A stretch of DNA of 10,657 bases from Vulcanimicrobiota bacterium (GTDB lineage Bacteria > Vulcanimicrobiota > Vulcanimicrobiia > Vulcanimicrobiales > Vulcanimicrobiaceae): positions 8,669-19,325 of the forward strand of contig PKZK01000253.1 of the NCBI GenBank assembly GCA_003133025.1, written 5' to 3'. The notes below the pieces were generated by a model. That model did not search any database, was not told where the DNA came from, and saw only the letters and a list, made by a program, of their open reading frames with translations. Shown piece by piece: positions 1 to 6,768 of the stretch. The number at the start of each line of letters is the position of its first letter. Position 1 is the stretch's first letter. Both the position numbers and the translations under genes were made by a program.

Positions 1-482
1 GTGAAGTCGAAGAACGGGCCGCTCGTGACCTTGACCCGGTCGCCCTTGGCGAAGTCGATCTTGAGCTTGGGCGTTTCGATGCCCATCTGCTTGAGGATCG
101 TCTTGACTTCTTTGTCTTGCAACGGCACCGGTTTCTCGCCGGAGCCGGGCGAACCGACGAAGCCCGTCACGCCCGAGGTGTTGCGCACGACGTACCAAGA
201 CGAGTCGTCCATGTCCATCTCGACGAGGACGTAGCCCGGGAAGACCTTCTTGGGCGTGATCTTACGCTTGCCGTCTTTGAACTCGACTTCGTCTTCCATC
301 GGGACGAGCACGCGGAAAATCTTGTCCTGCATGTTCATCGAGTGGATGCGCCGCTCGAGGTTGGCCTTGACCTTGTTCTCGTAGCCCGAGTAGGTGTGGA
401 TCACAAACCACTTGCGGCGGTCTTCTTTGCGACCGCCGGCGGGTGCGACCGCGACCGTAGCCTGCTGCGTTTCCTCTTCCAA
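1..482 (-). CDS. nusG: Transcription termination/antitermination factor NusG (3' end runs off the window)
   Basis: Manual translation from TTG at 482: (M)EEETQQATVAVAPAGGRKEDRRKWFVIHTYSGYENKVKANLERR...KKVFPGYVLVEM...WYVVRNTSGVTGFVG...FAKGDRVKVTSGPFFDF (NGN domain plus start of KOW). AAGGGA SD-like motif upstream. Follows secE. Absent from the ORF track because it is partial. Confidence 0.98.
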   Translation of the reverse strand, partial: MEEETQQATVAVAPAGGRKEDRRKWFVIHTYSGYENKVKANLERRIHSMNMQDKIFRVLVPMEDEVEFKDGKRKITPKKVFPGYVLVEMDMDDSSWYVVRNTSGVTGFVGSPGSGEKPVPLQDKEVKTILKQMGIETPKLKIDFAKGDRVKVTSGPFFDF

Positions 483-492
483 AACCGGTCCC

Positions 493-768
493 TTACTTAT
501 GGATCCAGCCGAAGATCAGCCCGAACAATTGATCGACCAGATAGGTGTACAACCCGATCACGACGACCAGCGCGATCGTCAGGATCGTGGCCGAGACCCA
601 CTCCTGCCGGCTCGGCCACGTGACGCGACGCATCTCCGAGACGAGCCCGCGCAGAAAAGCCTCGGCACGCGCGGAGCGCGCGGCCCGATCGGCCGTCTGG
701 CGCGGAGCCGGGCGCGGCGGGTTACCCGGCGGCTTCGCCGTGGTGCCTCCTCCGGTCGGCCTGTTCAT
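493..768 (-). CDS. secE: Preprotein translocase subunit SecE
   Basis: FLRGLVSEMRRVTWPSRQE motif followed by one TM helix (ATILTIALVVVIGLYTYLVDQLF); canonical position between tRNA-Trp and nusG. Confidence 0.97.
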   Translation of the reverse strand: MNRPTGGGTTAKPPGNPPRPAPRQTADRAARSARAEAFLRGLVSEMRRVTWPSRQEWVSATILTIALVVVIGLYTYLVDQLFGLIFGWIHK

Positions 769-789
769 GCTCGTCTGATGCTCCTTTGA

Positions 790-810
790 AGGCCGCGCCC
801 GGCGCGGCCT
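790..810. other. Perfect GC-rich inverted repeat between tRNA-Trp and secE
   Basis: aggccgcgcc-c-ggcgcggcct. No long U-tract, so more likely a processing or stabilising hairpin than a terminator. Confidence 0.5.
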
Positions 811-823
811 GAGGTCGTGAACT

Positions 824-899
824 TGGCAGGGCGGACAGGACTCGAACCTGCAACCGACGGTTTTGGAGACCGCAACTCTACCAATTGAGCTACCGCCCT
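824..899 (-). tRNA. tRNA-Trp (CCA)
   Basis: AGGGCGGTAGCTCAATTGGTAGAGTTGCGGTCTCCAAAACCGTCGGTTGCAGGTTCGAGTCCTGTCCGCCCTGCCA: 76 nt cloverleaf, anticodon CCA, encoded 3' CCA. Confidence 0.98.
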
Positions 900-911
900 A
901 TACCCGCGAAG

Positions 912-1076
912 CTACTTCGTTTCGCGGTGTGAACGATGACACCGGCAGAAGCGGCAATACTTGTCCAGCTCCAGTCGCTCGGTGGTGTGCTGCTTGTTCT
1001 TCTGCGTGTTGTAGTTCCGCCGCTTGCATTCGGTGCAAGCCAGGACGACCGTGACACGCTGTTCCTTCTTCGCCAT
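912..1076 (-). CDS. rpmG: 50S ribosomal protein L33 (zinc-ribbon, C+ type), 54 aa
   Basis: [54 protein letters not shown], with two CxxC pairs. True start is ATG 1076 (SD GGGGA); the ORF track over-extends it to 1256. Confidence 0.98.
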   Translation of the reverse strand: MAKKEQRVTVVLACTECKRRNYNTQKNKQHTTERLELDKYCRFCRCHRSHRETK

Positions 1077-1105
1077 TCCGTTCCCCGAGTATGTCGAATC
1101 GACAT

Positions 1106-1130
1106 AAAGAAGACGGACACACGGCCCGCC
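1106..1130 (-). promoter_or_regulatory. Leader hairpin plus U-rich tract (candidate pause or attenuator)
   Basis: GGCGGGC-cgtgt-GTCCGTC (7 bp, two G-U pairs, so strand-specific) followed immediately by TTCTTT. Confidence 0.4.
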
Positions 1131-1138
1131 AGAACGGT

Positions 1139-1167
1139 ATGATAGCACAGCAGCGAGCGGCTGTAAA
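1139..1167 (-). promoter_or_regulatory. Sigma70-type promoter of the rpmG-trnW-secE-nusG operon
   Basis: -35 TTTACA (1167-1162), 17 bp spacer, extended -10 TGcTATCAT (TATCAT at 1144-1139). Confidence 0.8.
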
Positions 1168-1171
1168 CGCC

Positions 1172-1258
1172 GAGAACCCCTTCCGCCCAGGCAAGGGAAG
1201 GACTCCCCTTCGAGGCGACGCCGGGTTCTCACCGAGTAGCCCTGGAGAGGCTTCACTC
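1172..1258 (-). ncRNA. Candidate structured RNA, family not recognised
   Basis: A 5' hairpin (GAGT..AGCC/GGCT..ACTC), then an 8 bp stem GAGAACCC/GGGTTCTC enclosing two hairpins. G-U pairs favour the minus strand. Confidence 0.35.
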
Positions 1259-1308
1259 AAAGTAAAGCGAGAATATCGATCTTCCCCTCAGGCCATCGGG
1301 AAGATGCA

Positions 1309-2319
1309 GTGAACGCCACCGCCGTGCCCACCCTCGACCTCCGCCGCTACGCCGCAGGCGGCACCACCCGCTCGCGTTTTCTCGACGAGTTGCGCGATGC
1401 CGTCGGTTCGATCGGCGCCTTTTCCCTGGTCGGTCATGGTATCGACCCGAGCGAGGCGGACCGGGTGTTGGCGCTCAGCCGACGGCTCTTCGCCCTTCCG
1501 GCGGACGCCTTGCGCGAGATCGAGATGCTCCGCTCGCCGCACTTCCGCGGCTACACCTCAACCGGCATGGAGCGTACGCAAAACCGGATCGACTGGCGCG
1601 AACAGCTCGACGTCGCCCGTGAGTCGCTCCCACGTCCGCACCGGCCCGGCGATAAGCCCTACTGGGGCCTGCTCGGACCCAATCAGTGGCCGGCCGCGCT
1701 ACCCGAGTTGCGTCCCGCGATCGAAAACTGGATCGCACGCTGCAGCGACGTGGCGCACCGGCTGCTGCAGGCGATCTGCACCTCGCTCGGGCTCGCGCCG
1801 GATCACTTCGACGACGCGTTCGCGGGCGAGCCGCACGCACACCTCAAGATCGTCCGCTATCCGGGCCTGACGGGCGATCGCGACGACCAAGGCGTGGGCG
1901 CCCACAAGGACTACGGCTTCGTCACGCTGGTCTTACAAGACGACGTCGGCGGCTTGCAGTTCGCCGGGACCGACGGCTCGTTCGTCGACGTCGCGCCGCA
2001 ACGTGGCGCGTTCGCGGTGAACCTGGGCGAGATGCTCGAGGTCGCGACCGCAGGCGGCGTACGCGCGACCATACATCGCGTGGTCAGTCCGCCCGCGGGC
2101 ATCGAACGCATCAGCCTGCCCTTCTTCTACAACCCGCGCCTCGATTACGTCACAGGCGGCGCGCAGGCGCAAAGCTCGACCGGGCTCGACGGATCCAATC
2201 AACTCTTCGCCGAGTACGGCTACAATGCGCTCAAAGGCTGGCTGCGCGCGCACCCGCACGTCGCCGCGCGGCATTACCCCGAACTCGCCGGACGTGACGT
2301 CGCCGAGTTGATCGCGTAA
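1309..2319 (+). CDS. 2-oxoglutarate/Fe(II)-dependent oxygenase, isopenicillin N synthase-like family
   Basis: DIOX_N-like N-terminus (VPTLDL...GAFSLVGHGI, PHFRGYT, DWREQLD, GPNQWP), HxD (AHKDYG), distal His (ATIHRV) and RxS (RISLPFF). Confidence 0.93.
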   Translation: MNATAVPTLDLRRYAAGGTTRSRFLDELRDAVGSIGAFSLVGHGIDPSEADRVLALSRRLFALPADALREIEMLRSPHFRGYTSTGMERTQNRIDWREQLDVARESLPRPHRPGDKPYWGLLGPNQWPAALPELRPAIENWIARCSDVAHRLLQAICTSLGLAPDHFDDAFAGEPHAHLKIVRYPGLTGDRDDQGVGAHKDYGFVTLVLQDDVGGLQFAGTDGSFVDVAPQRGAFAVNLGEMLEVATAGGVRATIHRVVSPPAGIERISLPFFYNPRLDYVTGGAQAQSSTGLDGSNQLFAEYGYNALKGWLRAHPHVAARHYPELAGRDVAELIA

Positions 2320-2327
2320 ACAGATCG

Positions 2328-2401
2328 TGCGCCCGGGCCGATTCGAACGGCCAACCTGAGGCTTAGGAGTCCCCCGCTCTATCCGTTTGAGCTACGGGCG
2401 C
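2328..2401 (-). tRNA. tRNA-Arg (CCT), CCA not encoded
   Basis: GCGCCCGTAGCTCAAACGGATAGAGCGGGGGACTCCTAAGCCTCAGGTTGGCCGTTCGAATCGGCCCGGGCGCA: perfect acceptor and T stems, A20, anticodon loop CTCCTAA; followed by CGA. Confidence 0.93.
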
Positions 2402-2442
2402 GCACGCGCGAAATTTCTGTTTTGCCGACGCTCGCCGAGCCC

Positions 2443-2614
2443 CTACCGGGTCACGGTTTGGCCGCGATAGTCGAGATACTGCAGGCCGGGTCTTCCGCGC
2501 TGCGCTTCGATGCTCGGTCGCGCTTGCGGGCCACCCATGTCGGTGCGCGCCCGGCCCGGCGCGAGAAGCAGCAGCGTTCGATTTTTGCTCGCGTGCCGCG
2601 CGGGCGGAGCGCAA
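2443..2614 (-). pseudogene. Remnant C-terminus of an SDR-family (CsgA/C-factor-like) oxidoreductase
   Basis: Reads LRSA/ARHASKNRTLLLLAPGRARTDMGGPQARPSIEAQRGRPGLQYLDYRGQTVTR*, matching the recalled family C-terminus ...PGWVRTDMGG...GLQYLDYRG.TVPW*. No Rossmann or YxxxK region remains. Confidence 0.75.
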
Positions 2615-2645
2615 CCTCGAGCGACCCGCGTGCCTTTCGGCGGGC

Positions 2646-3284
2646 ATGAATATTCGCGTTTTCTTCCCCGGCGCGATCGCGCTCTCGTTGTTCGCCGCAT
2701 CCCCCGCGGTGTGCGCCGACGCACCCGCCGCGCACGTGCGCGGCACCGTCTCCGCGATTGCGGGCGATAAGGTCACGATCGCGACGGCGCACGGCCCCGT
2801 CGTCGTCACCGTAACCGCCGCGACGAAATTTGCGGGCGTGACGCCCGGCAGTCCGAGCGACATCGCGCCCGGCACGTTCATCGGCACCGCCAACGTGCCC
2901 GGCGACGGTGCGGCGCGGGCACTCGAAGTCGTGGTCTTTCCGAAGGCGCTCGCGGGCACCGGCGAAGGCGACTATCCTTGGGACCTGCCGGCGCCCGGCG
3001 GCCACAGCTCGTCGATGACCAACGGCACGGTCGCTACGCCGCGCGCGTCGTCGATGACCAACGCGACGGTCTCCACCATCTCCGGCGGCTCGACGCGGAC
3101 GGTGACGCTCACGTACAAGGGCGGCACGAAGAAGGTTGCGATCGAACCGGGCACGCCGATCGTGCGCATCGGTCCGGCCAGCAGAGCGCTGCTGGTGCCG
3201 GGCGCGCACGTGGTGGCTTTCCCGCCGGCGGACGCCGTCAGCCGCATCGTCATCGGGGAGAAGGGCGCCGTTCCTCCGATGTAA
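2646..3284 (+). CDS. Exported DUF5666-like beta-rich protein
   Basis: Signal peptide (MNIRVFF...SPAVCA), HVRGTVSAI, DIAPGTFIG, ALEVVVFP...GTGEGDYPWDL, repeated SSMTN(G/A)TV, LTYKGG, C-terminal VPPM. Confidence 0.8.
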   Translation: MNIRVFFPGAIALSLFAASPAVCADAPAAHVRGTVSAIAGDKVTIATAHGPVVVTVTAATKFAGVTPGSPSDIAPGTFIGTANVPGDGAARALEVVVFPKALAGTGEGDYPWDLPAPGGHSSSMTNGTVATPRASSMTNATVSTISGGSTRTVTLTYKGGTKKVAIEPGTPIVRIGPASRALLVPGAHVVAFPPADAVSRIVIGEKGAVPPM

Positions 3285-4713
3285 CGCCGCCGCGCAAGGC
3301 CTCGCGCACGATCGTCAACGACTCGCCGATTGCGGGACCTTGCGCGTCGGGCTTTCCGTGATTGCCGATCGCGCGGCGTGAGGCGCCGATCAGCTTGCGG
3401 ATCGCCGTGCGCCGCTGCTCGGGCGGCTTCTCCGTTTCGGCGAAGGCGTGCGCGTGATCGCGCAGTTCGGCGGCCAGGTCGATCCAGCGCGCGGGATGTT
3501 CGGGGTGATCGCGCAGCAGCCGCCGGTGCCAACGCACCGGCGCAGCGACCTCTTCGAGCGCACCGAGCCGGCGGTCGAGATGCTCGCGGCGCGCGACCTT
3601 CTGGTCGTGCGCCGCGTGCGCGTGCTGCACGAACTCGTCGAGCGCGACGAGCGCGTCGGCAAGACGGCGCCGGATGACGTCGGTCGTGCGAATCGGAAAG
3701 ACGAACCAGGTCGCGACCACCGCGCACAGGGCGCCGGCGAGGATCGCCTCCAAGCGCACGCCGAGCAGAGCGACGCCGAACACGCCCGTCGAGCGCGCCA
3801 AGAGCGCGAGCACGAGCGTCATCGCACAGGCCCAGTACGCGTAATTTACTTCGCGCCACAACAGACCGAAATAGAGCGCGACGAAGATCGCGGCCGCTTC
3901 CGCGACCCCCTCGGGCGCCCACGCGCGCGTCACGACCGTCGCGACCAACGTGCCCGCGACGGCGCCCGCGAAGCGCAATACGCCTTTGTACGCCGCGTCG
4001 CCGCGACCGCGCGCACCCGAACAGACGATGAAGGCGGTCAAGACCGTCCAGGCCCAATGCCCGGGAAACGCGCCGAAGCCGACGACGAATGCCAGCGTCA
4101 ACGCGACCGCCATCTGCAGCGCCATGCGCGTCGGCACCGTGAGCCCGGCCGTTGCCGAGCGCGCCTCGTTCGGCGCCGTCGCAGCCTCCGCCGCCGGATG
4201 CAGGCCGACGAAGGCGCCGAGCCGGCGGACGATCGCGGCGCTGAGCGGCGCGATGATGCCGGCGAGGATCGTGAGCGCGAGCGCAGTTGCGGCCCCGCCC
4301 GGTGCGGAGAGGTCGGGTGGCGGCACGATCAGCATCGCGACGAGCGGCAGCGCGAGCAGCGCGCCCGCGCGACGCGCGTTCGCACCGAAGTTGCGCAACC
4401 AGATCGAGAGAAACAGGCCTGCGACGAACACGGCCGCGCCCGCCACGGGCTGATGCACGAACAGCCAGCCGACGCCGCTCGCCGCGAGCGCGACGCCCGC
4501 AAGGACGAGCGGAACGACGAGCAGCGGCACGTCGTGCGCGGAGCGCGTACGCCGCGATAGGCCGAGCGATAGGATGGCGGCGAGGATAGCCGGTTGTGCA
4601 CCGCTGCCTGCTCGCAGACAAACCGCGTACGTCGCGCAAAATGCAAGCACGGCGGAGGCCAGCGTCAGCGCGGCGCGGAGCGCATCGTCACGTGATGGTC
4701 GGGTCCGCCTCAC
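3250..4713 (-). CDS. FUSC (fusaric acid resistance-like) family inner membrane protein
   Basis: Many TM segments; TRMALQMAVAL...HWAWTVLTAFIVCSG.RGRGD...KGVLRFAGAVAGT and RLEAILAGALCAV, typical of FUSC_2; helical C-terminal tail. Confidence 0.88.
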   Translation of the reverse strand: MRRTRPSRDDALRAALTLASAVLAFCATYAVCLRAGSGAQPAILAAILSLGLSRRTRSAHDVPLLVVPLVLAGVALAASGVGWLFVHQPVAGAAVFVAGLFLSIWLRNFGANARRAGALLALPLVAMLIVPPPDLSAPGGAATALALTILAGIIAPLSAAIVRRLGAFVGLHPAAEAATAPNEARSATAGLTVPTRMALQMAVALTLAFVVGFGAFPGHWAWTVLTAFIVCSGARGRGDAAYKGVLRFAGAVAGTLVATVVTRAWAPEGVAEAAAIFVALYFGLLWREVNYAYWACAMTLVLALLARSTGVFGVALLGVRLEAILAGALCAVVATWFVFPIRTTDVIRRRLADALVALDEFVQHAHAAHDQKVARREHLDRRLGALEEVAAPVRWHRRLLRDHPEHPARWIDLAAELRDHAHAFAETEKPPEQRRTAIRKLIGASRRAIGNHGKPDAQGPAIGESLTIVREALRGGVTSEERRPSPR

Positions 4714-4748
4714 GCAGTCGCTCTTGGCGTCGAGGCTGCAGCGTTCCG

Positions 4749-6041
4749 CTACAGCTTCAGCGAGAAGACCGTGCCGTACCCGTCGTAGCCGCCGCCGAAC
4801 GTCGTTCCGTAGAGTGCGCCCGACTTCTCGAAGAGGCCGGAATACGGATTTGCCTCTGCGGGAAAGCCGGTGAAGCTGGCCAGGATCGTCTCGGCGAAGC
4901 CCTTGTGTCGCTTGCTGAGTTCGTAAATGGTGCCCGCGCCGTACGCACCGCCGCCGAACGTCGTGCCGAACAGCTTGCCGCCCCGGTAGAGCACCGGCGC
5001 ACCGTACGGCGCCGTTCCGTCACCACTCCCCGAGGCTCCGAAAGCGTAAAGCACCTGCTCGACGTACGGCTTCTTCGCCGCGTCGACGCGAAACACGGTA
5101 CCGCTGTTCCCCGAACCGCCGCCAACCGTCGTCCCGAAGAGATCTCCGTTCGCCGCTTCGACCAGGGAGCTATACGGATTTGCGCCGTCGGTGCCGCCTG
5201 CAAAATTGTGCAGCACGCTCTCGACGTACGTCGTCCCGCTGGGAGTCAGCGCGTAGACCACACCGTCGTTCTCCGATCCGCCGAACGTCGCGGTTCCGTA
5301 CAGAACGCCGCCGCTCGAGGGCAGAACCGCACCGTAGGGCGTCGCTCCGTCACTCGAGCCGCTAAAGCTGTAGAGCACGGACTCGACGACGCCGTTGGCA
5401 CCCTGCGTCAACGAGAAAACCGTTCCCGCACCGAACGTGCCTCCGTAGAGCGTCGTGCCGTAAAGCGTTCCGGCGGCATCTTCGCTCAGCCCTGCATACG
5501 GATTTGCACCGTCGTTCGGCGAGCCTTCGAAACTGTAAACCACGCTCTCGGTGTAGTGCGACCCCGACGGCGTTAGCGCGAAGACGCAGCCCGCACCAAA
5601 GGCTCCGCCGCTGTACGTCGTGCCGTACAGCACGCCGCCTTTTCCGAGGAGAAGGCTGCCGTACGGCAACGCGCCGTCGGTCGTGCCGCCTTTGAAGGCG
5701 TAGAGCGGCCGTTCCGCATAGCCCGGCCCGCTGCGATTCAACTCGAACGCGGTGCCTTGGTCCGCCGGGCCGCCGTCATTGGTCGTTCCGTACAGGCGCC
5801 CCGATGACCCCGCGATCAGCGGAGCGTACGGATAGCCTCCGTCGCTGCTGCCCCCCTGGAAATTGTAGAGCAGGGTGGGCCCGGAGACGGCCGGAGTGAC
5901 GAACGGGGCCGCCGGAGAGCTTAAGCCCCTAACCAACGGCAACCCCGCGGCGTGCGCGCTCGCGCTCGCGGCGAACGGCGCCGCGGCGAACGCAACCAGC
6001 GAGAGAACGCGAAAGGGAACCAAGATCGAAGTGCACTGCAT
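4749..6041 (-). CDS. Secreted tandem-repeat protein (GloVer / TIGR03803-type repeats), 7 repeats
   Basis: Seven ~55 aa repeats LYxF.G..DGA.PY..L.....G.LYGTT..GG....GTVF.L after a signal peptide (RVLSLVAFAAAPFAASASAHA). ATG 6041 preferred; ATG 6080 is an alternative. Confidence 0.88.
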   Translation of the reverse strand: MQCTSILVPFRVLSLVAFAAAPFAASASAHAAGLPLVRGLSSPAAPFVTPAVSGPTLLYNFQGGSSDGGYPYAPLIAGSSGRLYGTTNDGGPADQGTAFELNRSGPGYAERPLYAFKGGTTDGALPYGSLLLGKGGVLYGTTYSGGAFGAGCVFALTPSGSHYTESVVYSFEGSPNDGANPYAGLSEDAAGTLYGTTLYGGTFGAGTVFSLTQGANGVVESVLYSFSGSSDGATPYGAVLPSSGGVLYGTATFGGSENDGVVYALTPSGTTYVESVLHNFAGGTDGANPYSSLVEAANGDLFGTTVGGGSGNSGTVFRVDAAKKPYVEQVLYAFGASGSGDGTAPYGAPVLYRGGKLFGTTFGGGAYGAGTIYELSKRHKGFAETILASFTGFPAEANPYSGLFEKSGALYGTTFGGGYDGYGTVFSLKL

Positions 6042-6173
6042 CTTGCTCACGAGGCGCTCGTTAGCTGCCTCAACGCCCATGACCTCGGTCGGTGTTGAAA
6101 ACCTGACGATTAAGAAGGTTATGAACCGGACGGAGCGCGCGCTCTGGTTATTTGTGCCTAGACCTCGCCGTCC

Positions 6174-6764
6174 CTAATCGCAAAGGCCTATTTGGAAGAC
6201 GCAGGCCCGCGCGCCTTCGGCCTGACAGGCGACCTCCTCGACGCGATAACCGGGGTCGACGAGCGTGCGAAACAGATGCTCGAACGTCGCCGCGTAGTAT
6301 TCGCACGCCGGTTGTTTTACGCGCGCGTTCCGGCAGATGGGGCAGCCCGCGAGCGAGATGCTCGCAGGCGCGCTAAAGCGCATCCGGATCTGCGCGCTGC
6401 CTGCGAAGGTCCAGGCGTTGGCTCTGATCGCGAGCATAAGGCCGCGCAATCCCAGCGGCCGCGGCAGCGCGGGCAGCAGACCTTGCGCGACGCTCGGAAT
6501 ACGATGTGTGAGTACGTACTTCGCCGTGCGCAAACCGGCGTCGCGGGTAATCGACCTCGCGGCTTCGCGCTCGAGCCGCTCGCGCAACGTCTCGTACAGC
6601 GCGGTGACCTCGGCCTCGGGCACCATCTCGCGCGGCAAGTCGCGCTCGTACTTGTTGAGCGCGCAGGCCTGCAAAATACCCGCCACCTCATCCTCGGCTA
6701 GACGCGCGCGAAGGGCCTCTACCGTTCGCACGATCGCGTTGGGTCCGATGAGAGCGGAGCGCAG
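6174..6764 (-). CDS. bchJ: BchJ (annotated as bacteriochlorophyll 4-vinyl reductase; V4R domain)
   Basis: IGPNAI near the N-terminus, MVPEAEV, AGLRTAKYVLTHRIP, AIRANAWTFAGS, CPIC, ACEYYAATFEHLFRTLV, EVACQAEGARACVF. The frame is open upstream of GTG 6731 to CTG 6764, which has SD AAGGTG 7 nt upstream. Confidence 0.92.
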   Translation of the reverse strand: MRSALIGPNAIVRTVEALRARLAEDEVAGILQACALNKYERDLPREMVPEAEVTALYETLRERLEREAARSITRDAGLRTAKYVLTHRIPSVAQGLLPALPRPLGLRGLMLAIRANAWTFAGSAQIRMRFSAPASISLAGCPICRNARVKQPACEYYAATFEHLFRTLVDPGYRVEEVACQAEGARACVFQIGLCD

Positions 6765-6768
6765 CGTC

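Noticed and set aside
1..789. Plus-strand ORFs 1..234, 117..623, 394..789, 545..778
   Set aside because: Antisense shadows of nusG and secE.
2325..2401. tRNA-Arg as the attachment site of an integrated element
   Set aside because: No duplicated tRNA 3' end, integrase or transposase is visible in the window.
2422..2724. ORFs 2422..2649 (+) and 2443..2724 (-) as real genes
   Set aside because: The plus ORF is a shadow. The minus ORF is an SDR fragment fused to sequence antisense to the DUF5666-like gene.
4749..5880. Periodic DNA repeats as a CRISPR array or non-coding repeat
   Set aside because: They are degenerate in-frame protein repeats, with no identical repeats or spacers and no cas genes.
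6095..6126. AT-rich TTAAGAAGGTTATGAA as a response-regulator direct repeat upstream of the GloVer-type gene
   Set aside because: The repeat is too degenerate to support; it is probably just promoter-region composition.
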